A stretch of DNA of 64,000 bases from Actinomycetota bacterium (lineage in GTDB: Bacteria; Actinomycetota; Actinomycetes; S36-B12): the NCBI GenBank assembly GCA_947449035.1, contig CANFQC010000008.1, positions 4,617 to 68,616 on the forward strand, given 5' to 3'. Position numbers and translations under genes: made by a program. A model generated the notes under the pieces. It saw nothing but the letters and a program-made list of their open reading frames with translations. It was not told the DNA's origin and did not search any database. Positions 33,687-42,074 of the stretch are shown piece by piece; position 1 is the first letter of the stretch, and every line of letters begins with the position of its first letter.

Positions 33687-34192
33687 TGTTCGGTCTGCGT
33701 CGCACGCGCCGCCTGCCTTCGGGTATTCGCGAACGTCTCGAGGTTCCCAAGAGCGAGCGGGTCATTGCGTGGGGAGTCGACCCCGTGAACGACATCTACA
33801 CCCTCGCCACTGACAAGGCGCTCTATCCCGAGCAAATTCACGAGCGACTGCGCTGGGATTCCATCAGCAAGGCCACCTGGGACGAACCGATCCTCAATGT
33901 CACCGTTCAAGACACGACCGGAGCCATGAAGGGAAATCTCAAGCTTCGCGTCGAGGAGTCCGGCGATTTGCCCGCGGCTGTGTTCGCCCTGGTCACCGAC
34001 AGCGTGGTGATTTCCGAGCATGTCGAGCTCGGCGAAGGTGCGGGGGCTCGCATGGTGGCTCGCCGTGATGGCGATGAGGGCACCATCTGGTGGTCGGTGG
34101 TCTTCGACACCGGGCTCAATCCCGCAGATCCCGCCCTGCGGGCGCGAGCAGATGAGGAACTTGCCTCCTTGCGCGAGGCCCTGGGCATCTAG
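33686..34192 (+). CDS. hypothetical protein coupled to dnaG
   Basis: TGATG overlap with dnaG; typical codon usage. Confidence 0.7.
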   Translation: MFGLRRTRRLPSGIRERLEVPKSERVIAWGVDPVNDIYTLATDKALYPEQIHERLRWDSISKATWDEPILNVTVQDTTGAMKGNLKLRVEESGDLPAAVFALVTDSVVISEHVELGEGAGARMVARRDGDEGTIWWSVVFDTGLNPADPALRARADEELASLREALGI

Positions 34193-34208
34193 CCCGAGAA
34201 GTGCGGAG

Positions 34209-34367
34209 TTACTGAGAGCTAGGCGTTGGGTTCTCAGACTTAGTCGGGATTTCTTTGAAGTTCGTGAAGACGTCATTCGTCTCTAGATAGTCGGCGAGTT
34301 CGTCGGCTTGCTGCTCAGTGAGAGTTGAGCCGTCTGCGAAATGCCAGGTGTTCCCGATCTTGCGCAC
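34209..34367 (-). CDS. putative truncated antitoxin
   Basis: SD AAGGAGG 6 nt before GTG 34367; acidic 52-aa product directly after a toxin-like gene. Confidence 0.45.
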   Translation of the reverse strand: MRKIGNTWHFADGSTLTEQQADELADYLETNDVFTNFKEIPTKSENPTPSSQ

Positions 34368-34368
34368 C

Positions 34369-34722
34369 TCACACCTCCTTGGCCAGCAGGTCGCGCCACT
34401 TTTGCCGCGCATCCATCGCGTGAATGATCACGACATCTCCATTCTCCTTCAGGATCACCCCGATCTCAAGCAGCCGACCGCTGTCATCAGAGCCGATGGC
34501 CATAAGGAAATTTCCGTCTGCTCTGGAGGAGGTATCGAGGAACAGGCGAGGTGAGTTCATTAGGCAGGACTGCATTCGCGATCGCCCGATACGGTGACGC
34601 CTGCTCGATGTCGAAAAGTCGAGTGTGGATTCCAGTGCAGATTTCCTCAAGATCGAGGCCAGATAAGGGCCGGCATCGATGAAATCGGGCATGAAGCAAG
34701 CAGACCTGATCCTGCGGTTCAT
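34369..34722 (-). CDS. putative small RelE/BrnT-like toxin (start uncertain)
   Basis: S.RRH.I ... IGSDDSGRLLEIGV...VIIHAM pattern of small actinobacterial toxins. Confidence 0.55.
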   Translation of the reverse strand: MNRRIRSACFMPDFIDAGPYLASILRKSALESTLDFSTSSRRHRIGRSRMQSCLMNSPRLFLDTSSRADGNFLMAIGSDDSGRLLEIGVILKENGDVVIIHAMDARQKWRDLLAKEV

Positions 34723-34838
34723 CCGGGTGCCCAGCTACTACCTGGGGATGAATGGACGGTGAGGCAGGGCTTGTGAATGCCTCAGCTCGGGCCAGTCACG
34801 AGCACGGTCCGGGACTTGATATCCTTCTCAGGCCTTGA

Positions 34839-34914
34839 TCCCCCATAGCTCAATTGGCAGAGCATTCGACTGTTAATCGAAGGGTTTCTGGTTCGAGTCC
34901 AGATGGGGGAGCCA
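34839..34914 (+). tRNA. tRNA-Asn (GTT)
   Basis: TCCCCCA/TGGGGGA acceptor stem, TTCGA-CTGTTAA-TCGAA anticodon arm, GGTTCGAGTCC T arm, encoded CCA. Confidence 0.97.
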
Positions 34915-34919
34915 GTGTG

Positions 34920-34946
34920 AAGGGCCGGGAGAAATCCCGGCCCTTT
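34920..34946 (+). terminator. intrinsic terminator after tRNA-Asn
   Basis: AAGGGCCGGGA-GAAA-TCCCGGCCCTTT. Confidence 0.88.
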
Positions 34947-34998
34947 GTCTTTAACCGCAAGTAGCCGCTTGAGTTCCCCGCTCAGGCGGGCGACGGGC

Positions 34999-35367
34999 TC
35001 AGGCCCCGCAACTGAGGTTGCCCGTGCAGAGGAACTGGAGCCCGGCCAAGCCGATCACCGTGACGAGGATCCCGATAAGCGGAAGCAGGTAGACGATGCC
35101 GCGGAACAGGCGAGCAGATCCACCTCGATGCTGACGAGTCGCTGCCCAGATGATCCACGAACCGATCACAGACAGGCCGCACAGCACCAGGGATGACAAG
35201 AGACCGACGAAAATCGTGACCGCCCAGAACGAGGTTCCCGAGTCAAAGAGCATCGGACTGAAGACCGTCGGGATGAAGAGAACAAGCGCGGTGATGATCC
35301 AGCCGACAGTGGCAAGGATGGGCAGCAGTGGTCCCGTAGCAGGGTGCGTACGTGTGTCGGTGCTCAT
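34999..35367 (-). CDS. small membrane protein
   Basis: three TM segments; GAGG SD; SPMLFDS motif. Confidence 0.65.
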   Translation of the reverse strand: MSTDTRTHPATGPLLPILATVGWIITALVLFIPTVFSPMLFDSGTSFWAVTIFVGLLSSLVLCGLSVIGSWIIWAATRQHRGGSARLFRGIVYLLPLIGILVTVIGLAGLQFLCTGNLSCGA

Positions 35368-35418
35368 GGATTACCTCGCTTAGGAAATCGGCGGAAAACG
35401 ATGTCTGAGAACTGGGAG

Positions 35419-35712
35419 TCAGGACCCTGTCAGCGTTGCCGCCCGTGCGGCAAGCTGCTGCGGCTCCTCGGTCTCGATCGACACAATCTTGGTGCGAGCA
35501 GTATGGCCTGAGACCACTCGGATATCTCGAGACTTGATTTTGAGCGCCTCGGCGAGAGCTTTCACCACGGCCTCATTGGCTGCGCCATCAACCGGCTGGG
35601 CATTGACGGCCACGATGAGGGCGCCGTCGTGGTTACCGCCGACCTTGGCCCGACTCGACCCCGGCTTCACTCGCACGCTCAGTCGTATCTCAGCCACGAT
35701 CAAGACTCCCAT
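35419..35712 (-). CDS. DUF167 (YggU) family protein
   Basis: VRVKPGS, A.PVDGAAN, G.TARTK. Confidence 0.88.
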   Translation of the reverse strand: MGVLIVAEIRLSVRVKPGSSRAKVGGNHDGALIVAVNAQPVDGAANEAVVKALAEALKIKSRDIRVVSGHTARTKIVSIETEEPQQLAARAATLTGS

Positions 35713-35754
35713 GGTCCGTTGCCTAGACTGTCAGGACATCCCGATTGGAGCCTC

Positions 35755-36348
35755 ATGTCACGCGTTCGCGCACTGCCCGCTGCCCTTGCCGTTCTCGGCC
35801 TGACTGGCGCCCTTGCTCTTGCAGGCTGCTCCAACTCCTCTTCATCGACCTCTGCGTCTTCGGCTACACCGGCTGCATCAGCTGGCGCCTCCGCCGCGGC
35901 TTCGCCGGCAGCCTCGGTCGACGCCGGTGCCGCCTCGGCCGCCGCATCCGCACTTCCGGCGGATCCGTCACCCATCCCGTCTGATCTGACAAAGCCGGCT
36001 TTCTGCCTGCTGACTGCGCCTCTCTACGACAAGGCTGCGTTGCCGAGCACTTCGACTGACTCTGAAGCCGGTGTGCTGCTCGCCGCCAAGCGCCTGATCA
36101 AGGGCACACAGGCCCTGAGCCAAGCTGAGCGACTCAAGGCACTAACCGCGAAGCAGGTTGCTGAGATCCAGGTGACTATGGCGATTCTCCTGACTTTGTT
36201 GCAGGACCCAACCCTGGAGAAGGGCACGGTTGAGGAGATGTCCAAGGCCAGTGGTGTCGACACCAAGACTCTCGAGATCGCCCAGACTCAGGGCTTCAAG
36301 GACGAGAGCGCCGTCGCGTTCGCGGATCTCGGCAAGTTCTGCGCATAA
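35755..36348 (+). CDS. lipoprotein of unknown function
   Basis: lipobox LAGC, Ser/Ala/Pro linker, helical domain bracketed by two Cys. Confidence 0.75.
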   Translation: MSRVRALPAALAVLGLTGALALAGCSNSSSSTSASSATPAASAGASAAASPAASVDAGAASAAASALPADPSPIPSDLTKPAFCLLTAPLYDKAALPSTSTDSEAGVLLAAKRLIKGTQALSQAERLKALTAKQVAEIQVTMAILLTLLQDPTLEKGTVEEMSKASGVDTKTLEIAQTQGFKDESAVAFADLGKFCA

Positions 36349-36357
36349 GGACGACTC

Positions 36358-36915
36358 ATGACCGACTCTGACGTGATCATGTTCATCCGTCACGGCGAGA
36401 AGCCTGGCGATGACGGCCCGCCTCATGGCATCAACAACAAGGGCGAGAACGATCCGCATTCACTCTCGGTGCGCGGTTGGACTCGTGCAGGTGCGCTTGC
36501 CGCGCTTTTTGCCCATGCTCCCTACGTGACGCACCCGAACATCGTTGTACCCGCACGTATCGTCGCCACCAAGTCGACTGACAACTACAAGAGCAAGCGT
36601 GAGGTTGATACGGCAACGCCGCTCGCTCACCGGTTGACCCTCACTGTCGATCAAAGCTTCGATCACGAGCATGCGACGCAGCTCTGCGACTCACTCCAGA
36701 GTGACCCTCGTCCCACTCTCGTCGTGTGGCATCACGGATCGATGACTGAAGTCCTTGCAGGTTTACCTGTCAGCAACCGTGCCGACATTCCTCACCACTG
36801 GCCCGAGGATCGCTTCGACCTCATCTGGACCCTGAGTAAGCAGCAGGGGGAGTCCGATTACGCGTTCGACGTCGTCGCCCAGCAACTGCTCGACGGAGAT
36901 CTGCCCACCGTCTAG
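36358..36915 (+). CDS. histidine phosphatase superfamily protein
   Basis: IRHGEKP, LSVRG..RA, TATPLA, VVWHHG. Confidence 0.78.
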   Translation: MTDSDVIMFIRHGEKPGDDGPPHGINNKGENDPHSLSVRGWTRAGALAALFAHAPYVTHPNIVVPARIVATKSTDNYKSKREVDTATPLAHRLTLTVDQSFDHEHATQLCDSLQSDPRPTLVVWHHGSMTEVLAGLPVSNRADIPHHWPEDRFDLIWTLSKQQGESDYAFDVVAQQLLDGDLPTV

Positions 36916-36977
36916 CCACCTGTGCACTAGCCCGGATGGCCAAGTATTCGGGCCGATAGGATTCAGCATCCCCATCG

Positions 36978-37051
36978 GGGGCGGTAGCTCAGCTGGTTAG
37001 AGCCCCGGACTCATAATCTGGTCGTCGTCGGTTCGAGCCCGACCCGCCCCA
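36978..37051 (+). tRNA. tRNA with CAT anticodon, probably tRNA-Ile2 (lysidine type)
   Basis: GGGGCGG/CCGCCCC acceptor, CCGGA-CTCATAA-TCTGG anticodon arm, discriminator A, no encoded CCA; lacks initiator features; Ile2 versus elongator Met is an inference. Confidence 0.9.
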
Positions 37052-37351
37052 CTATTCAGGTGTGCTTCCGTCTCATAGTCGAGAGGTTGACGTCGGTTCA
37101 TCAGTCACATGATCTCGTGCTGGCCGATCCTTGCAGGCATATTCGGAGCGGACTTCCTTGCCACACATGACAGTCTGCGCCTGCCTGGCGCCACATCGCC
37201 AAAGAGAAGGCGTGGCCTTTGGTGTCCAAGCTTTGGAGTCGCTTTCGACTCAAAGGCTTGAAGCAGCGTGACAGGAAAGTACAGACTCCGCATGCAGGCG
37301 CATTAGACTCGTCAAAAAGCAATTGCAGTTGAGTTGACCCAGGGGGCCCGA

Positions 37352-38584
37352 ATGCGCCGAGATCAGTTCATCGCGCGAAAGGTCGTCACTAGCGCGCTGC
37401 TTGTTTTGGCTTCGGTGCTGGGTGTAAGCGCGCTCGCGCCCCAGGCGATGGCCGTGACCACGCAGGCCGTTCTAGCGCCCAACACTGCCAATCAGGTCGT
37501 CACCTTGCCCGCGGTGACCGGATTCGCGTCTTCGGATGTTCTCCTAGTCGGAGTCTCGCTCAATGGCGCGCCTGTCGGAACGTCATTGAGTTTCACATCA
37601 ACCACCGGACTCACTCCGGCATACGGATACTCATTCACTGCCGGCATGCAGGAGATCAGTTTCGTCGGAACACAGGCGAGCGTGAATGCAACGCTGGCCT
37701 CGGCGCTGATCTCCACCGGCGTGGCCGAGGGCGCTTTCACGATCCACGTCGGTGCCGTCCTGAACTCTCCGAATGTCTACTACCTGCCCTCGAGCGGCAG
37801 CTTCTACGAATTCGCCTCCGGAGACGTCTCGTGGACATCCGCACGAGCGAGCGCAGCGACTGCCGTGTTCTGGGGCTCGACCGGTCATCTTTCGAACATC
37901 ACCAGCTCCCACGAGAACGATTTCATCAGCTGTCATGTCAATGCCCAGAACGTCTGGATCGGCGCGAGCGACTCGGCTCAGGAGGGAACCTGGATCTGGG
38001 TCGATGGCGCGGAATCAGGCACACAGTTCTGGCAAGGCGACTCGTCCGGCAGTACGACGCAGCCATGGAATTTCGCATCATGGGCAATCGGTCAGCCGAG
38101 CACAGATAACGCGGGGAACGACTACGGCGTCACGAATTGGCGCGGCACCAACGGGTTCTGGAATGCCGTGCCTAACCGACCTGATCGCACGATGAACGGA
38201 TACCTCGTTGAGTTCGCCGGGCCATTCACTGGCGTGTTCACGGATCAGCTGACTGTTGCTGTCGGCGGGGGTGACTACGCAATCTCGGATGTTGCGCCGC
38301 CGAACACCGCATGCGATTCGGGCGCGATCACTCCCGATGCCGTTGTAGTCACCCCGAGCACGGGATGGTTGCAGTCCTATGCAAGGACTAAGGGCGCTGA
38401 ATGCGCGCGGAGTTGGAGTCCCTCGTGGGCGGTATGGGCTGTGCCCGTGAGCGGCGGGTCGGTATGTAATCGGGGCGTGTACTGGAGCGGTACTCAATGG
38501 ATGCAAAATCCTGACCTGGGCTGGGGAAACTTCGATTCTGCGCTTTCTGGTCCGTGGGATGGTCTCTCCGCGCCACCTGGCTGA
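37352..38584 (+). CDS. secreted C-type lectin-domain protein with Trp/Cys C-terminal module
   Basis: signal peptide (AMA), W..A..GHL.NITS..EN.F..WIG.SD..EG.W.W CTLD pattern. Confidence 0.8.
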   Translation: MRRDQFIARKVVTSALLVLASVLGVSALAPQAMAVTTQAVLAPNTANQVVTLPAVTGFASSDVLLVGVSLNGAPVGTSLSFTSTTGLTPAYGYSFTAGMQEISFVGTQASVNATLASALISTGVAEGAFTIHVGAVLNSPNVYYLPSSGSFYEFASGDVSWTSARASAATAVFWGSTGHLSNITSSHENDFISCHVNAQNVWIGASDSAQEGTWIWVDGAESGTQFWQGDSSGSTTQPWNFASWAIGQPSTDNAGNDYGVTNWRGTNGFWNAVPNRPDRTMNGYLVEFAGPFTGVFTDQLTVAVGGGDYAISDVAPPNTACDSGAITPDAVVVTPSTGWLQSYARTKGAECARSWSPSWAVWAVPVSGGSVCNRGVYWSGTQWMQNPDLGWGNFDSALSGPWDGLSAPPG

Positions 38585-38664
38585 CGTCGCACGACGACAA
38601 ATATTTCTGACGGGGGAGCTACTGCGGCCTGTCCATCGGAAAGTGGAAACCAGCTCTTGGCCGT

Positions 38665-39327
38665 TCAGCTCCCGTAGGCGGGCAGGAACTTGTTGCACAC
38701 GTACCCGCCCTTGCCGCCGTTAGGCCAGGTGTCCCAGGAGTCGGTGTAGCCATCCGGGCAGGTAGCGGTGGCTGATGCCCGGCCGATGGCCTGTTGCCAC
38801 ATCGGGATGGCTGCCGTTGTTTCTTCTGGCAACGTTACTGGGACCAGAACGTCATTGGCGGAGTCCCATACCCACACAGTCGCGCCTGATAGCGACGAGT
38901 TGGTAGTCGTGTATCCGCTGCCCCAGGACACCGTAATGACATCACCGGAATGAGCGGAAGTACTGGCGTCCACAAATAGGAAGGCGCCGTCCCCTTCGGT
39001 GTCGTCGCCCGAGAACGCCCTGCTTTGGCAGGACCTAATCGTTTGCGGGACCAAGTTATAGCTCAAGGTAATTCCGTAATCGACGCAGTGACTTGGGTCA
39101 TTGCCAGTCCAGGTGTTTGACGTGAAAAACGCGGTTGGCAGGTCAATCTCGGCCCAGTTCGCATCACCAGTGAGTGTGGTGGACGCACTTCCCGAAACCG
39201 CCACTCCTGATGCAAATGACGCGAACTGCGCTGTCTCATTTGCCGCGAAGGCGACCGGAGCTAAACCCACGCCGCGCGAAGATGCCTGTTCTAGAGGCGA
39301 TCGTGAGGTACTTTCCCATCGTGTCAT
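38665..39327 (-). CDS. putative secreted protein with Trp/Cys C-terminal module; signal peptide appears frameshifted
   Basis: GVGLAPVAFA cleavage region; C-terminus WQQAIGR..C..SWDTWPNGGKGGYVCNK. Confidence 0.65.
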   Translation of the reverse strand: MTRWESTSRSPLEQASSRGVGLAPVAFAANETAQFASFASGVAVSGSASTTLTGDANWAEIDLPTAFFTSNTWTGNDPSHCVDYGITLSYNLVPQTIRSCQSRAFSGDDTEGDGAFLFVDASTSAHSGDVITVSWGSGYTTTNSSLSGATVWVWDSANDVLVPVTLPEETTAAIPMWQQAIGRASATATCPDGYTDSWDTWPNGGKGGYVCNKFLPAYGS

Positions 39328-39391
39328 TCCTCCCTTTGTGGGGGACTGGCCGACTGGATGTTCTTAGTGGCTGGGATGCGAGGAGTTCGTA

Positions 39392-40597
39392 ATGCGCAGG
39401 TTATTGGTAACGGTTGCCTCGATTGCTGCGCTCGTTGTTCCTGGGGTCTGGTCCAGTCCGGTTGCATTAGCGTCAGTCGGGGATGTCACCTTCACCAACA
39501 AGACCACCCTCGACGGACTCGGAAACGACCGAACGTACGGCGTGTTTGCCGCCGGTGGCACGGTATATGCCGCAACTTCCGCGGGCCTGAGTATCTCCAC
39601 CGATGGCGGGGCGTCGTTCACCAACAAGACCACGGGCAGTGGACTTGGCGACAACCAGGTAAACGGCGTTTATGTCGCCGGAGGCACGATCTATGTCGCC
39701 ACCGGCGGGGGTCTGAGTATTTCCACGGATGGCGGCGCCTCCTTCATCAACAAGACCACCACTAGCGGACTCGCCGACAATTACGTGTATTGCGTTTATG
39801 CCTCCGGTGACACGATCTACGCAGGCACATCCTCGGGCTTGAGTATCTCCACGGATGGCGGGACGTCATTTACGACCAAGACCGCCATCGCCAATGGACT
39901 TGGCGATGACTATGTGTACGGCGTTTTTGCCGCAGGTGGCGTGATTTACGCTGCTACCAACGCGGGCTTGAGTATCTCGGCAGATGGCGGCACGTCGTTC
40001 ACCAACAAGACCACCATCAGTGGACTCGGTGACAACGTCGTGAACGGCGTTTTTGCCGGGGGTGGCGTGATTTACGCCGCCACCTTCGCAGGCTTGAGTA
40101 TCTCCACGGATGGCGCGGCATCCTTCATCAACAAGCCCGTCGGGAGCGGATTCGGGAACGACAGTGCGTACAGCGTGTACGCCTCTGGCGCCACTGTCTA
40201 CGTCGGTACCGCCTCAGGCTTGAGTATTTCCACAGATAGCGGGACTTCCTTTACCAACTACACGACCACGAGCGGACTCGGAAATGACACCGTGCCGGGC
40301 GTGTATGCGGACGACAGCACGATCTACGCCGCTACCGCCGGAGGGTTGGGTATCTCCCATTCCTTCGCGGCTGTTGGGAGCGATGTGCCAGTCGCACCAA
40401 TGCAGGCATACGGGCGAGGAGCCGACGGAAAATGCGACAGCAATGCACCTTCGTGGGTGAACTGGTCCGGGGTTGCTGACAAGCAATACGCGGCTTGGGT
40501 TACGAGCTGGCAGTGGTGGCCGAATAACGGAACTGGCGGATATGTATGTGTACGCCAGCCGTACTACACCACGAGCAACGCTTGGGCCGTTCAGTAA
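39392..40597 (+). CDS. secreted seven-repeat beta-propeller protein with Trp/Cys C-terminal module
   Basis: signal peptide (ALA); seven ~42-aa repeats FTNKTTxxGLGxxxVxGV..TIYAAT..GLSISTDGG. Confidence 0.85.
   Translation: MRRLLVTVASIAALVVPGVWSSPVALASVGDVTFTNKTTLDGLGNDRTYGVFAAGGTVYAATSAGLSISTDGGASFTNKTTGSGLGDNQVNGVYVAGGTIYVATGGGLSISTDGGASFINKTTTSGLADNYVYCVYASGDTIYAGTSSGLSISTDGGTSFTTKTAIANGLGDDYVYGVFAAGGVIYAATNAGLSISADGGTSFTNKTTISGLGDNVVNGVFAGGGVIYAATFAGLSISTDGAASFINKPVGSGFGNDSAYSVYASGATVYVGTASGLSISTDSGTSFTNYTTTSGLGNDTVPGVYADDSTIYAATAGGLGISHSFAAVGSDVPVAPMQAYGRGADGKCDSNAPSWVNWSGVADKQYAAWVTSWQWWPNNGTGGYVCVRQPYYTTSNAWAVQ
39487..40357 (+). repeat. intragenic tandem repeats (~126 nt x 7)
   Basis: recurring TGAGTATCTCCACGGATGGCG and TTCACCAACAAGACCAC. 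Confidence 0.85.
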
Positions 40598-40657
40598 CGC
40601 ATTGGTATTCTCTTCGCCCTGAGTTTGCCTGAACGACGGTTCTTGGCGTAGTGACAC

Positions 40658-41662
40658 CTACCGTGGGTTGACCTCGGCACTTTGCAGAGAAGGTATTACC
40701 TCATTCAGTACGTCAACCACTTGCTGCACATGGGGATGCATCAGAACGCTGCCGTGATTGCCCGCGGCCTCAAGCACAGTGATGTGCGGTGTAAGCCCCA
40801 TCCATGTTGCGGCGGCGCGCGAATCTGCGACTTGGAGCACCGTGATCGGGAAGTCCGCGGGCGCAGGTCGGTAACGTCTTCGAGCGCGTGCAGCGATGCC
40901 GCCAATCAGTCGATAGCGATCTGCCCCGGCTGGCACGGTGCGCACCGTTCGGTTGTAGTAGGCGTATCGCAAGCGTTCGCGAAACTCACTGATTCTGCTC
41001 TGTAATCGAGCTGGGTCCAACTGCCGCGTTGACACCACTTTCGTCCGAAGCGTTCGGTCGTACACCAGGTAGGAATCAATCATGATGACATGGGTGAGGC
41101 GACCGTCACGTCGCAACAGCTGAGCACATTCGTAAGCGGGGACACCACCAGCTGAGTACGCGACCATGACGACTGGTCCCTCTGGTTGATACTGCCGAAC
41201 CTGGTCGTACAGATCGGCTCCGGCTTCGGGAATGCTTCGAGCGACTCTGCCCTGATTGTGCATCCCCTCCGGTTCGATGACCACGACTGGTTGATGCGAT
41301 GGGAGTGAATCAATCAGAGCCGCGAACGCCAATCCGGTTCCAGCTGGAGCACTGACGCAGTGAATGGGCGGGAGTGTTCCTGAATCATGGAAAAGCAGGC
41401 TTGCTGACTGCCGCAGTGGGGGCGTCCGCAGTATGTGCGCGGCAATGGCGGCAGAAGTTCGATACGTCAGAAAGATCGTTGGGTCAATGTCAGCGAGTCC
41501 CGCTTCGGAACACGCCTCAGCGAGTTCCAAAGCGTTGAGTGAGTCGAAGCCGGCATCCCAGAGGTCATCGTCAAGCCGCAGATCCTCCCGCATCATCTCC
41601 ACGCGAGCAGCGCTCAGCACGAAGGACTGGAGCTCGTGCAGCGGGCGAAGCGGTTCAGTCAT
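40658..41662 (-). CDS. stand-alone carrier protein (PCP/ACP)-thioesterase didomain
   Basis: DDDLWDAGFDSL phosphopantetheine site; TE motifs AYSAGG, IDS, GNHGSVL. Confidence 0.82.
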   Translation of the reverse strand: MTEPLRPLHELQSFVLSAARVEMMREDLRLDDDLWDAGFDSLNALELAEACSEAGLADIDPTIFLTYRTSAAIAAHILRTPPLRQSASLLFHDSGTLPPIHCVSAPAGTGLAFAALIDSLPSHQPVVVIEPEGMHNQGRVARSIPEAGADLYDQVRQYQPEGPVVMVAYSAGGVPAYECAQLLRRDGRLTHVIMIDSYLVYDRTLRTKVVSTRQLDPARLQSRISEFRERLRYAYYNRTVRTVPAGADRYRLIGGIAARARRRYRPAPADFPITVLQVADSRAAATWMGLTPHITVLEAAGNHGSVLMHPHVQQVVDVLNEVIPSLQSAEVNPR

Positions 41663-41827
41663 CGCTAGATTCTTCTCACGTCGTATCAATGAATGGCTGA
41701 TCAGGACGATAGTCGTGATTGAGCGTGACTTTGGTGAAGCGCGTCTTCGGGCTTCATTGGTCAGATGGGGTTAGGCGTCCTCGACACGGCGTGTCATCGC
41801 GATGAGGGTTCGCGATTGCTCTATACA

Positions 41828-42068
41828 TTGACGAAGACCCCTCGAAGTATGAGTTCGAGGGGTCTTCGCGTTGGCTGCTCGAGTTCCGTCCGATTTCTCG
41901 GGGCCTGCGCCGGATGCTGTCCGTCGCCGCTCGCCTCGCGTTTCCGCGCTGCCGTCTCTCTGTACCGCCTCAGCCCTTCTTCGCGGCCACCCCACCAGCA
42001 TGTGGTGCCCCGGACCTTCCCCGGGCGGGCCTTCGATCTTGGTACTGACCCTCGCCTTGCGGCTCGGT
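41828..42068 (-). ncRNA. candidate structured non-coding RNA (~240 nt), family unassigned
   Basis: promoter at 42103-42075, three GNRA-capped hairpins, purine-rich linkers and a terminal hairpin. Confidence 0.6.
41832..41868 (-). terminator. 15-bp perfect stem ending the candidate ncRNA
   Basis: CGAAGACCCCTCGAA-GTATGAG-TTCGAGGGGTCTTCG; no long U tract. Confidence 0.7.
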
Positions 42069-42074
42069 AGGAGA

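Noticed and set aside
34839-37051. Prophage or ICE integrated at either tRNA
   Set aside because: No integrase, phage or conjugation genes, and no duplicated tRNA 3' end seen.
37227-37260. Hairpin CAAGCTTTGGAGTCG-CTTT-CGACTCAAAGGCTTG downstream of the tRNA
   Set aside because: A single isolated stem with no further structure or repeats; probably a terminator or remnant, too little to call.
39487-40357. CRISPR-like periodic repeats
   Set aside because: The ~126-nt period is in frame within a CDS, the units are degenerate without unique spacers, and there are no cas genes.
37352-40597. Diversity-generating retroelement (C-type lectin-fold target)
   Set aside because: No reverse transcriptase or Avd gene, and no TR/VR pair differing at adenines; the shared tails are similar only at protein level.
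41828-42068. SRP RNA, RNase P, tmRNA or c-di-GMP riboswitch identity for the candidate RNA
   Set aside because: Their hallmark motifs (SRP CAGG..GGAA..AGCAG, RNase P GAGGAAAGTCC, tRNA-like ends, GGCAAAC..GCAAAGC) are not visible; Ms1 is not excluded without an Rfam search.
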